64,000 bases of DNA from Oopsacas minuta (Eukaryota; Animalia; Porifera). Made by a program: the position numbers and the translations under genes. The notes beneath the pieces are model-generated. The model was given only the letters and a program-made list of their open reading frames with translations, ran no database searches and was not told the DNA's origin. Positions 13,261 through 25,747 of this stretch are shown in pieces; the stretch's first letter is position 1, and every line of letters starts with the position of its first letter. Where the stretch lies: assembly GCA_024704765.1 (NCBI GenBank), contig JAKMXF010000326.1, positions 124,001 through 188,000 of the forward strand, in the 5' to 3' direction.

Positions 13261-14177
13261 CAGTCAGGGGACAAAAGTATTCGACCACACAAATATATTG
13301 TCATAAATTGTATACTCTTTCCCGCTCCTATATATTGTGTAGTCTATATTCGTAGCTGCTATCTAGTAATTTGCATAGAATAACATATGTTTTTCAAGAA
13401 TTTCAAAAAAATATTTTAGATTGACACTTTTTGAAGGTGTTAATTATTAATAATTATTAGATAATTATTGATAATCAAAATATGTGGTAATTCAAAGCTA
13501 TTAAGAATCTATAATTTCTGACTTGATATTTGAATTCTACGTAGGCGAGTTACCCCAGATTGACATTTCCAGTCGGATTGAACAATTTTTACCAAAGTTA
13601 TAAAAGAATTTCAATTTGTCCCACTTGTGCCACTTTTTGAAAAAAGTGGCACAGGTGGCAGGAAAAAGCGCCACTACAAGGAAATCAACTAGGGTTAGGA
13701 GGAATAAGTCGAAGTAATATTTTCGAATGATATGACTATACTAACCCTTGAATTCCTAAATAACTTCTTGGTAGCGGCCACTTGTGCCACCTTGAGCAAA
13801 AGGTGGCACAAATGGCACAAAATTGAAATTCATCTATAACTCTGGTAAAAATTGTTCAATCCGATTGGAAATTTCAATCTGGGGTAACTCGCCTAAGTAG
13901 AATTCAAATATCAAGTCAGAAATTATAGATCCTTAATAGGTTTTGAATTACCACATATTTTGATTATCAATAATTATCTAATAATTATTAATAATTAACA
14001 CCTTCAAAAAGTGTCAATCTAAAATATTTTTTTGAAATTCTTGAAAAACATATGTTATCCTATACAAATTACTAGATAGCAGCTACGAATATAGACTACA
14101 CAATATATAGGAGCGGGAAAGAGTATACAATTTATGACAATATATTTGTGTGGTCGAATACTTTTGTCCCCTGACTG
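13261..14177. mobile_element. Foldback/long-TIR MITE, copy 1
   Basis: ~400-bp arms starting CAGTCAGGGGACAAAAGTATTCGA, near-perfectly inverted around a ~110-bp spacer; TA on both flanks (Tc1/mariner-type target). Confidence 0.95.
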
Positions 14178-14555
14178 TATAGTCGTTGAAAGTATGTTTC
14201 TACCACAATTTGGAAATTGTTTACTTTATTATCGTCAAAACAACGATAACTTTAATGTAAGAAACTTGAAAATGCGAAATTCGGTTACCCTGGGTGACCT
14301 TTTAGAGCAAGCCTGTACGTATATTTTGAGATTTGGATAATTTGTTAACATTAAATTAATAAATACAACAACAAGATTACATATGATTAATTCATCCAAA
14401 GGTATGAAATCGAATTCAGCCTGTTCGATATATTTATAGAATTTGTATTGAAATCTATTTACTTCCTTGATAAACACGATAGACACGTACTTATGCGACA
14501 GTTACAAAATTGCATACATTTAATCTTTTCTTGGACAACGGAGACAAACAGATAC

Positions 14556-17500
14556 CAAGGGGGGGCAAGGGGGTCGATCGCCCCCTTAATGTCAATGTAG
14601 GGTGGGCAAGAGTATCATTTCGCCCCCAATATTTTACTCACCTTATATCCTTCCTATCTTAAATTTGGTACTTGTAGTATCATAATAATATTTGGTAATA
14701 TTCCATGATATGTTAAGACAAAAAAACTACTAAAAAACTATGAAATATGATTCATTTCAATGATGTTAATTGCTACTAAAAATGTTGCGCCTTGTTTCAT
14801 TTCTCAATACAAAATCATTCACCAATTCATCAATGTTAAGAGAATCGAGTTCTTCATGGTATTTTTAGAGTATAAGCAGTGTATTGAGATGTCTTTGATT
14901 AATCGTGCTTCTTAAATAAGTCTTTAAACTTCGTAGCTGACTAAATGATTTCTCTGTATTGGCTGTAGTAGCAGGGCATACAAGATATAGCTAAATAATG
15001 TTGACTATCATTGGATATAAATGTCTCATTTCGCTTTTTGAAATAAGTTCCATAATTTGAGAAGCAGAAGCCTTCGGATGTAAAATTCGTTCCGGAAAAT
15101 TCTCCAAAAAGAAGTTGTGCTTCAAGATGTTTCGAATCCAAAATATCCTTACCGTAATGATTACAAACGAGATTAAGGTTATCTAAGTTGACTGGTGCTC
15201 CATTCCAAACTCTATCAAAGAGTTATTCAATTGCTTCCAGAATTAGTATATGTTTGTTAGTAATTCGACTCCTTAACCCAGTGGTTCTCAACCTTTCTGG
15301 TCTTCCCTCTCCATGAAGTTTACTCTCCCTTTTGCCCCCCCCCCCTCTCCCCAAATAATTTGAATTTAGTTTTTTAAATCAATTAACTGTAATTAATGCG
15401 AAACTTGTAATTGCTTATTAGATGCTAATATTTCAGTATCTAGACTATAACTTGATGCTGATATCCTTAAATCTTCCCTGAAGTCAAGTCGCCTGCGGTG
15501 TTTTGACCGAAGAAAATTTGTTGAAGAAAACGTTTTCTCACAAAAATATGTTGTTGGAAATGGAAGCAGAAGCAATATTTTAGCTGTTTTGAAAAGATTT
15601 GGTGCTATCCCCTCAACTAAAAACCAGAACTTCGTTTTGTTAGCACAAGAATATTTAGCTTTTGCCTCCTCATTTGCCTCTAAATATAACAATTCGTCTA
15701 CTAGGATGTCGTCTAAGTCCATCATATCTTCCAGTGACATATCCATCGGGGTTAGCAGGTATTTAGGGATTGATGGAACGTTCGAAAATCGATTGGAAAA
15801 TCAGTAACTAGATAAATCAAATGTTCTTCGACAAGGGGAGTAAATTTAACTTCAAGATGTGCTGAAGGAGAAAGAATTGCTTCTATAAGTGAGAACACGT
15901 TCCATTGGTTGCTCAGTATAAGTAAACGAAAGAATTTCAACTTATTTTGAAATGTAGTCACATTTTCTATAGCCGCTTGAAGAAAAATCCCATCTCCCTG
16001 CAACCTAAGATTACTCAGGTTATAGTAAGAGAAGATTTCAGTAAGATAAGCTAAAATCAGTTTGAAATAGATAGATGTAAACTCTTCTGTCTTGAAGAAA
16101 TGTTTCTGATCTAGAAATTCACATAACTGATCATAAATAGAATATACTCGTTCAAGAGCTTTTCCTCTACTAAGCCAGCAAACTTCTGTGTGGAAAAGGA
16201 AGACGTCGTGTTATGCTTCCGAATCTTCACATAGTTTTCTTAGTATACGTTCGTTCAAAGGACTTGATTTGACAAAGTTCACAACTTTGATGACAAGGTT
16301 AAGTGTTTCATGATGTTCAGACTGGAGATTTTTAGCAGCTAACGCCTGTTTATGAAGCATACAATGGATAAAACTGCACTGCGGTACTTCCCTTTTAAAA
16401 CATCCCCAGAATCCAGTATCTCTACCAGTCATATTTTGAGCTCCATCTGTATTAACACTAACAACTTGGCTTAAACTAATCTGATGTGAGTCAAAATAGG
16501 ATCTAGCCATCTTGAAGATATCTTATCCAGTGCAACGATCTTTAAAATAATCAACTAAAAGCAATTCTTCCTTTATGCAATCGTTATCGATGAAACGCAT
16601 ACAGACAATAAGAGTAGATTCTGCTCCAAATGTTGATTCATCTAATTGAATGCTGATATGAATATCCTTCATAAGCCGTACCAATTTATCTTCTAAATTC
16701 TGTGAAATTTCACTAATCCTCCTTTTTACTGTATCATTAGATAACGGGATTTGTCTAGTTTCTCAGCTGCCGCACTTCCCAGAACATGCTTGGCACAAGC
16801 CAACAGTGAAGGTTTGATTAGAGTTTCTGCATCTGTGTGAGGTTTATAAACTTTGCGATTAGAAAAGATACTTCATAGAATGCCAAAGTACAACATTTCA
16901 AATCGGTAGACTGAGCGAAGAGAGAAAAAGATTTTTGTTGATTCAAATAGACTTTCTTTTTCTGCGAAAAGTACTCTATTGGCTGCCCCACCTCTGTGGG
17001 ATGTTTTGAAAATTGATGCGCTTTTAAATGATGAGGCCTCATTGAATCATTCGCTAAGCATACATGGCAGGTCAAGCAAAGAGGTTGTAATTCGTCTGGA
17101 CTAGAAATGAATCCAAACTGCAGATAAGAGGGATCATAATGTCGAATTCTGCATTTTGCATTTAGTTTGGACATAATCTTCTGATTGTATTATAAAGTCT
17201 TGCAATGATAGTTAAAAATGAATTAATATAGATACAGTTCTATGTCATATTTATGTAGATTGTAAAATGAAAATCGTATCGATCAATAGGATACCATATT
17301 ATTCATAATATTGGAATCACACATCGATAACGTATTCACAATCGAATACATAGTATTTATTGTCATACAAAAGCAATTTATATTTGTCAGATGCATGCCA
17401 TCTTTTCGAGCCCTTACAAAGTATTAACAATAATTATATCTGAGTACAAACTTTATCGACGTATTATGCAAATGGGTTTTTAAAAGAGCGAGAAATTGAA

Positions 17501-19495
17501 TACAAAGATATAAAATAAGTAGCGGTAGGAGGAGCCTCCTCTGACTAGATTATTTATGCACACCCCAAGTATAGATTGTTCTCTCCGGATATGTATCCCC
17601 CTCTATCCCCTCTTCGGTATTGCCATCCCCCCAATGGGGGGATATCTCCCTGGTTGAGAACCACTGCCTTAACCTATCGCAGGCATGATCAAGAACTTGA
17701 TAGTATATTGAGAGATAGTACTCGTCTAGTGTTTGCCAAACATGTTGTTCAGAAATATCATAACGACTAGGACGCCTTACTTTGTGTGTAAGCTTTGCAG
17801 CTTCCCCTCCATGTTGCTTACGAAAATTCTTCGTTTCTGTCCATAGTAGTTTATATTTCTCCTCACAGTGCATTGATTCTAAAAATGAGATTGTAAATCG
17901 AACAGATTTATTTCTTTCCCCATCTGAAATAGTTTTTCCTTGAAGATGTTTGCTTAAATTATCTGTCAATTCAAATATTTTCAGCGAAAAACAGAGACCA
18001 AAATAGACATCATATTCAACTAATCGTTTAAGATATCCACTTGCTATGGATCTAACCTGACTTTCAGTTGCTTGTGTTTCAATCACTGCCAATGTATCCA
18101 AAATTGCATCAAATTGTCGATACAATCCCGAAAGTGCAGTATATTTAACTAGAAACGAGTAGGGCAGAGGGGTCTAATGTGGTTCTGTGGATTATCTAAC
18201 TCCAATGCAACTTTTTGCAATTGCACAACGTTTCGGGAATGACGAAGGAAAGTGATTAGGTCGTTGACCAAGTGTAGAAAGTCACGCATTAGAGAGATAG
18301 CCTTGACAACATCTTGAACTGCGAGATTAATACAATGCATATGACAGTGAGTACTTAGGGCACTTGGAGTCACCTCAGAAACTCGAGCAGCTACACCATT
18401 TGAATGACCACTGAACGATGAGGCACCATCAAATGTCATCCCGAAGCAGTGTGACAAACTAATACCGAGGCGAAGGAGGGGCGTCTTTGATTGCTGAAAA
18501 TATTGATTCAGCATCGCACTTATCAAGAGCATAGGAGCCAAGCACTCTTTCATTGGGAGATAGGTCACTATCTACAGTACGAAAACTGATGCTCAGTTGT
18601 TCAATTCGAGAAATATCAGACGTCTCGTCAGCTATCAGTCCACAGAAACAATTAGCATTTGACGTGTAAATAATCGCACAATACGGTTCGCCATCATATC
18701 TAGAATTTCTTCTTGTACTTCGATCGAAGTCCATGATGTTGATTTCAGGAGCCATTTCTGTAAATCTTTTGAATCAGAAGTACGTAGAACTAAGAGTTGC
18801 TTAAAATTAGATTCCGAGTCAATATGACCACGTGTAGGCAGTCCTTGGCGTACAAAGAATCTCAAACTTGTGAAAATCCGGATCAGACACTCGCGGAAAA
18901 TTTTCTTGTTTGCTGTTTGTTGATCAAATAATTTTTCAACGACGCTCGTTCCAGAAATTGTGTTTGTGAATTTTATCACGTATGAACGATGTGTATGAGA
19001 AGATTCATGAATCCTAAATTTCTCAGTAGCTTTTTTCCAATTCGCAAATCCAATAGTAACAAAACCTTCATCTCCCTTGCTATTACGTAATGAGTCAACT
19101 GAGTATACTTGCCTACAAGGATGACAAAATGCTGCCTTAAGTTCTGAATCCCACTCCAGCCATGTGAATTGCTTAAACCATACAGGTAAAACTTCCTCTT
19201 AGAACTAGGGTCAGTTGGGAAAAATTTATCTTTCGGTTGGTTGGGATACTTTTGCAGGATTCTCTGTCTTTTTGGATTGGGCTCGTTATCTTGATTTGAG
19301 GATTGACTTACCACTAAAGTAATCTAATTTGATTGTACAGTAAACAAGGAATTTACGTCCCAATGAACTCTAATAAATAATAATAAAACACATGCTAGTA
19401 TGTAAAGATCAAAACTTCGCTTTTCACGTTTTTACCTAATACTAAACAAAAAGATTTCGCCCCCCCCAATCTGTTTTTTCAAATCGACGCCCCCG
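14556..19495 (-). mobile_element. hAT transposon, ZMYM1-like/DUF4371 type, degraded; hosts a Buster element
   Basis: YPNQPKDK..FPTDPSSKRKF (TTF-type N-terminus), RQGLPTRGH..ESNFKQLL, IADETSDISRIEQLSI, TFDGASSFSGH, HCHMHCINLAVQD, LCPTRF; dimerisation-domain remnant at ~14800-15150. Right end ATCGACGCCCCCG; CAGATACC duplicated at 14549-14556 and 19497-19504; left TIR truncated. Confidence 0.85.
15279..17666 (-). mobile_element. hAT Buster/Charlie-type transposon (ZBED8/SCAND3/FAM200-like transposase), full-length, inactivated
   Basis: Perfect 15-bp TIR CAGTGGTTCTCAACC and perfect 8-bp TSD CCTTAACC (15271-15278, 17667-17674). Fragments from ATG 17174: YDPSYLQFGF..PLCLTC..LANDSMRPHHLKAH, NTDGAQNMTG, HCMLHKQALAAK, PFPTTYFCEKTFS. 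Confidence 0.95.
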
Positions 19496-20473
19496 TCAGA
19501 TACCAATTTAGAGTTAATAATGTTATTTTTCTCAGATTGTAAATAATGCTGGTTTACATACATTTTCCATAGAGAATATTTTCTATGGATTTTTTCTTGC
19601 ACAAATTCCCAAGCATTCCATTTATGCAATATGCAAGCCCACAGATGTGTTCTTACCAAAGGATTAGGCCACAACTATAGAATACCGCGCCAACATATTT
19701 TGTAATATGGTCAAAAATTCATATATCAATGAACTCGTTGAGAAAAACAGATAGAGTTATAGAAGAAATCCGATGAAAGCTGAAGAATTTATAAAAATCT
19801 ACCTGATATGACAACTCCTATGGAGAAAACTGTATTAGTCAATATGCTGAAATACAGCTGGTGAAATATATACAACTATAACAGGAATTCACATATTCAA
19901 TCTTGTGATTGTCAACACCATTGTCAGTTTATTGAACAACCCTTGTAGTAATGAATGCGAGTAAATAATATGCAAGGGCTACATATATAATCAAAATTTG
20001 AATGTTTTCGTGCAACAAATAAATCCTAAGATATCTTTCAAATGTACTTGTTTGAGTATCTAGCAACATTAACGGTGCAGGATCCGAATTTTTACGATAG
20101 CCGAATGTGATCCAAGGGGTATATTTGGCTAGATGACGCCCACACCTACCCTTTTCATTTTTATAGCCAAGCGATCCGAATTATACTTTCGAGGTATACT
20201 CGGCCAGGTTTTCGCCCATTAGATACTCTGTTGCCCCAGCTTTTAAATGACTGTTCTAAATAGAAACAAATACAAATAATGCACAGGTTTATATCATGAA
20301 AGAATAAGTAATGAGACTAATGTATCGAATTAATATTCTTGGTGATACAGCTCTAAGCCTAATATCAGATTACAAGCCTTACCAGGTTGTCTAGCTTCGA
20401 TACATTATAGTCTTTATCCTACTAGCATATTCTTCAGTATAAAGTTTGATTGTATAGACTACTTTTTCAACTA

Positions 20474-21591
20474 ATGGACAAAAGCAAAGAAGGAAAAACG
20501 GCAAATAATTTGGTACCTGTGGAAAAGGGGAAGACTGGCTCATGCATTCTTCGTGAAATGCAGGATATTTTCGGTGATGAATGTCCTTCGAAAGCACCCA
20601 TAAATAGATGAATCGAACGTTTTGATAATGGCGATGAGGAACTCTACGATGACCCTCGTCCAGGTCGTCCGACTTCCTCAAAAAACCCGCAAAATATCGA
20701 GAGGGTCCAAACAATTTTGGACGAGGACAGACGGATAAGCCTGCGAGAGTTAGAAGAGAAGGTAGGTATATCAAAAGCTACACTACACACGATTATCACT
20801 GAAGATCTGGAAATGTCGAAGGTAACTGCTCGTTGGGTCCCAAAAACTTCTTTCAAAAGAAGAAAACGCGCAAAGGTCAGAGTTAGCAAAGAATTACTTT
20901 CAAGATACAAGGCAGAGGAAGACTTTTGGATCGTATAGTAACGGGGTATGAAACTTGGTTTCATTATTACGGACCAGTGAGCAAAACTCAATCGAAGTAG
21001 TGGAAGAGACGTCATGAACGTGTACCCATCAAGGTAAAGTCCGCAAAATCAGCAGGGAAGAGAATGGCAACAGTATTTGGGGATAGGGAAAGAATTATGC
21101 ACCTCGACTGGTTGTCTGAGAAGACAACCATAAACAGTGATTATTACGTTGACGAATTGAAAGAATTGCGTCAAGCGATTAAACGTGAGAGGCGAGGCAA
21201 GTTGACACATGGCGTATTGCTGCAACATGACAACGCAAGGCCCCATGTAAGCCCCAAGACAATGGCTGCAATTGACGACTTAGGATTTGAATGTCTCCCT
21301 CATCCCCGTATAGTCCAGATCTGGCTCCCAGCGACTACTGGCTGTTTGGAAAGATGAAGAAATCTCTTCGAAGGAAGAGATTTGATGATTTCAAATGGCT
21401 GGAGTATTAAATAATCAGTGGGAAAAGGCACCCCAAAGAATTCTATCCCACTGGGATGGAAAAGTTACCAGAACGATGAAAACGATGTATACAGTTAAAG
21501 GAGGAATTTATCGAAACATTTGATAATCAATTATGATAAGTATAGGTTTACTACATGAATTATGATAAAAAGTCCCATTATTCATTGAACA
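20474..21591 (+). mobile_element. mariner (SETMAR-like) transposase pseudogene
   Basis: DDPRPGRP, ARWVPK, RIVTG.ETW, LLQHDNARPH, PYSPDLAPSDY across frameshifts. Right-end TIR-like AAGTCCCATTATTCATTGAACAACACTTG-TA; left TIR not recognised. Confidence 0.9.
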
Positions 21592-22477
21592 ACACTTGTA
21601 ACATCAGAAAACCTAGCAGCAACAAAAAGGTAGCATGTCGCACACTTTTTCATTAGTATGCTTATTCACACTATTTTCTAGCTGCAAATAACAAGATGAG
21701 GCTTAGTAATTCGGGTTATAATCCAAATGTAGGCCCGTTTTATTGTTTTAGTGAACTTTGAGAGTAAACTCAATCGATATGGAGATGGTAGTAATGTAAC
21801 GATTTGCTCCTGGGTCTGGTGGATGTTTGATGCACAAGTTGAATTGTGTAGAGGGATTTTCTATGTAAGACAATCCTGTCCATTTGCATGTAAACTTTCT
21901 GCAAATAACAAATCTCTAAGTTTAATTAGTGCTTCTGTTCGTTTTTGTACAAAGTATTTATAAATATGATAAGATTGTATATCATTCCTGCGAGTATTCA
22001 AGGATCATTTTCATTTGACCTTCCCAGAATGAATACTGAGACCATGTATTAGAAGGGTTTCTTACCCGCGAAGAGTTGTATGAAAACGAACTGAAGTAAT
22101 AATACAAAGTAGAGATTCCTTTAAACCAACAGTACACATGAAAGCAAACCGAAACACTAATAGAGGGATTGTCCATCTGCAATAAATCATATTGTGTATT
22201 ATCTCGAAATCCGAAATACAGTGATAGCGAATATGTTAGGTATTGTAATCAACAATATCAATGAACTGCCAAAATCAAAATAACAGGAAACAGCTAACCA
22301 AGAGCTGTTATTCGACAACGGAGTTATTACTGTCACTGTTAACAGCCAAAATACTATGTTATTAATAGTAAACAACAATATTTAACAATTAACTTCCAAT
22401 TATACCTTGGGTGATTATTTATTCCAACCCACCCTATCCGGGGAAATTATTTCAGGTACGGGCCTGTATTTAGAATA

Positions 22478-23123
22478 TAGTAAAACCTTCAAAAGGTGAA
22501 CACCCTGGGGACCAGCAAAGATGTCCACTTTTGAAAGGTGTTCACTTTTCATGATCTATGATAATGTGTATTTTTTCGACAAACAGTAGTAGTTAAACCA
22601 CAGATATAAGTCCCTCTTAGTTGTCTCACAATGTTCACTTTAAGCACATATATTTCTAATGTGAGCTGTGATTTGCGTTTAGAAGACATTTATGGTATTT
22701 TTGATCGGAATAATTCAACTGACAATTACCTCAGATTCCTGAAAATGTTATTTATAGGACCACCATGTTTACATAAATGTGTGAAAGCATTGTACTGGCA
22801 AATATGTTGTCTCTTCTGCCCATTGTATGAGGAAGCCTCTAGTATTTTATGAAACTACATCATTAAACATCCCTGCTTTAACAACTAGTGCGATGACAAA
22901 GCTGACAGCCTAGCCAAAAATCTGCCAGAAAAACCTGTATTCACTTTTAACAGGTCATATCCCCTGCAATTTAGACATTTGGGACCAAATTAAGTGTTCA
23001 CATTTCACTTTTCAGAGGTGTTCACATTCTAGAGGGGTGACCACTATGTAAAACAATGGGAAAAATTTGGGACCGAGAAAAGTGTTCATATTTTGCCGGT
23101 GTTCACTTTTGGAGGTTATACTG
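22478..23123. mobile_element. pogo/Tigger-like MITE
   Basis: Inverted ends TAGTAAAACCTTCAAAAGGTGAACACC / GGTGTTCACTTTTGGAGGTTATACTG, TA flanks, several internal GTGTTCAC(A/T)TTT motifs. Confidence 0.7.
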
Positions 23124-23347
23124 TACTACGTATGTGCATTTAACTAGTTTCACTACACCTTAGAATAGCTTATGCTGACATTTAGCAGGTATATGATGTA
23201 GGAATGTATACAAATTAACTTTTCTTAACAAATTAATACTATATCTATTTAGAAGTAGGTATACTCACAATGAATTATTTATGCAGTTAAATCTCATAAC
23301 AGCAGGTAACTCTCTAAAGCTCTTGAAGACGCTGTTTGGGATGTTTG

Positions 23348-23671
23348 CTATTCTCTTCTTATCCAACAAGCCTCGATAAGGTGGGATTCTAGCAAATGAG
23401 GATTTGTTGTTGGGGCCTCTTCTTTGTCTTTCCTTGAAACCCCCCACCAGGCGTTTTCTATTCTTTGTGTAAGGATACCAATAATTGGATCCACAAAATT
23501 CTCAGAGTTGTTCACAGTGAGATGATCACAGCCTGCAGCTGGTACAGATATATACATGACACCTCCTTTGCGTCGATATTCCTTAATGTGAAATTCCACA
23601 AATAATTCGTTGATTGGATTCGAGTTGGAACTAGAGCAGGCTGTGAGTTGCTGAGAGTATTTAGAACTCAT
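23348..23671 (-). CDS. Unassigned ORF fragment (107 aa), probably TE-derived
   Basis: Protein-like composition (ELFVEFHIKEYRRKGGVMYISVPAAGCDHLTVNNSENFVDPIIGILTQRIENAWWG); its start is duplicated ~175 bp upstream. Family not recognised. Confidence 0.3.
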   Translation of the reverse strand: MSSKYSQQLTACSSSNSNPINELFVEFHIKEYRRKGGVMYISVPAAGCDHLTVNNSENFVDPIIGILTQRIENAWWGVSRKDKEEAPTTNPHLLESHLIEACWIRRE

Positions 23672-24439
23672 GTTGGAAAGTGCTAGAATTGTATTTTGTC
23701 AGGATTTTCTAGCTAGATTGGCTTGAGCTGAGAAGATGAGTATTTCAGTAGACTATTTGGATAACTGATGTGGTGTTTGATTGGTTTCGAGCTGGATCTG
23801 GAACATGCTGTGACTTGCTGAGAGTATTTACTTATATTCAAAACTATAAATTGAATGACTATATTTCTTTAAGACGAAATTTCCTCATGCATTCATGCAT
23901 TCTATCACCAAATATTTGGACTACTGCAAACTAATGAAATTGGCACTAATGCATGCCCAGCATTTCCACATCTATTGTAAGTAGAGTAATTCCTATATCT
24001 AAATTGTTCTTAAAATAGTCAGGATTTGATCTACTATAGAAATTTCAATGTATGATCTTGGATAGTTTCCAGATATGTAATTGCTGTCACTGAAAGGTGA
24101 AAGCTATTTTAGTATTCGTAGAAATGTTTCATCATGAACAGCATATTCCTGCTCATGATGAAACAATCAAATAATCCTAGGGAAATTTATTGGCTTTCAA
24201 AATTCCGAACGACTGCAATATTTTCTTGTAATTCAAGAGGCGCTTACCAAGAACTAGTAGCGTGACGAGGCCGTAGCTAACATTAACTGGAAATTTACTA
24301 GTCCTACATGTCGGCTTGTGACCTTCTATTGATTAGTCAAAAATACTAGACATTCCATGCCACTTGTTAAATTTATCAATTCATAATAGTAAATAAACAT
24401 AGATAAAACATATTCTAAATGAGGCTGAGGAGTTGTAGG

Positions 24440-24965
24440 TCAGAAGCAGATACAATATCTTTGGCATCCGTCCTTTGTCACCAGGAGATGCAACTTTGGA
24501 AAGCAGAAGGAAATTTGGAGATTCAGGATGGCAATGATTTTGAGTAAATGAGTAAGGCGAGAATTCACACCAAAGGTACAGAAATAGTGAAGCGCACGAG
24601 TGAACATACTCATGCGCCTGACGAGCAGGATGTGAGCTGCTGTGAGACGAAGGTGAGTATCAAGATGAATGAGCTGTGGTCCAGGCATTGTGCACACCAC
24701 ATGGTGGGCCAGAGTTGCAGACAGCATCATAGGGTACTGCTACTAATCTATCCAAGCTGGACAACCTGAAGCTGATAATACAACGCCAACGTGCCAGTGT
24801 ATTTGCAGCTCCCGTACAGCCTCAACTTTAGCAAAGCTAGCTCTACAAACAATACACCCAGCAGACAGCTAAAGGGGATCAGTTCTTACTCTACGACTCT
24901 GGTGAGGATGATGTACAAAGATTTCTCATCTTAGGGATGCAACGCACTCTCAGGATGCTGCTGCC
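24440..24965 (+). mobile_element. Mutator (MULE) transposase 5' remnant with FLYWCH-like domain
   Basis: KARIHTKGTEIVKRTSEHTHAPD followed by TAKGDQFLLYDSGEDDVQRFLIL; truncated before the DDE core. Confidence 0.65.
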
Positions 24966-25289
24966 AAGCAAGATCTGGCTTCACTCAGTGACAAAAAAAT
25001 TTAAGTACTCTTTGTCTAATTAGAAAAAATATAACATAATCACATGAGGATTTGTTTCAGATAATTGTTAGTTAATATGAAGAATCTGATAACAATTGTT
25101 TTACAACTGATACATATATAATCATAAATTCAGTATTCAGTATTATGTTAAAATATATCAACGGTGCCCCATGTTTATTGGGATCCTTGAATCTTCATTG
25201 CCTAATCCCGAAATCCCGGGGTTACAAATGTGTCTGAGATTGTAAGCCCTAACTATTACCTTTGGGGATAATTTTGAGAAACATCATAA

Positions 25290-25436
25290 GAGGGACGTTG
25301 GAAGCAAAAAATTATTGGTGTGGCGAGGTACATTGAAATGGTGTGGCATTCATCACATCTGACCATAATTATAACAGAGTTCCGAATTATTCGTGCTGCG
25401 AGCACCGAACCTGCCGCACCGGCTCCTACGGCCCTG
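25290..25436. mobile_element. Small MITE-like element
   Basis: Imperfect inverted ends GAGGGACGTTGGAAGC / GGCTCCTACGGCCCTG; CATAA on both flanks. Confidence 0.4.
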
Positions 25437-25747
25437 CATAAGGTAACAATAGTAATATGTGAAGCAACCAAGGTAGGTTACTTAAATTCCGTAAGTAAGA
25501 TCGAACTTAAATCTTAGTGAACACCAACCTTAGCGAATACATACCTCTTAAGTGCTATTTTACTGAATAAGAAGGCTGGTGTTTGACAGCGTGATAGAAT
25601 GTTAATTAACCATGCCTACTTCAGTTCATATTGCTAAATACAAAGAATATCTACTAGCCTGATTCGCTTGCTATCCATGCGCGAAAGCTTTGTGCCTCCG
25701 GTTTAGCCTATGTATACCTTAACAATCCGTCTTAGTGCTTTAGATAA

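Larger units (their letters stand above)
13020..19525 (+). mobile_element. Non-autonomous Helitron/Helentron-like interspersed element, split by two later insertions
   Basis: Pieces 13020-13260, 14178-14556 and 19497-19525 rejoin into a sequence similar to 52960-53570 (shared TTTACAATATCATATTTGGACTCAGCA, ACTTGAAAATGCGAAA, TTCACTTCCTTGATAAA-like and GACAACGGA..CAAACAGA..AATT blocks). Helitron/HINE affinity is inferred from the CTTCGC hairpin and GACAAACA tail. Confidence 0.5.

Noticed and set aside
13126-14340. Short ORFs over the foldback (also 53724-53927)
   Set aside because: Chance frames in palindromic non-coding MITE arms.
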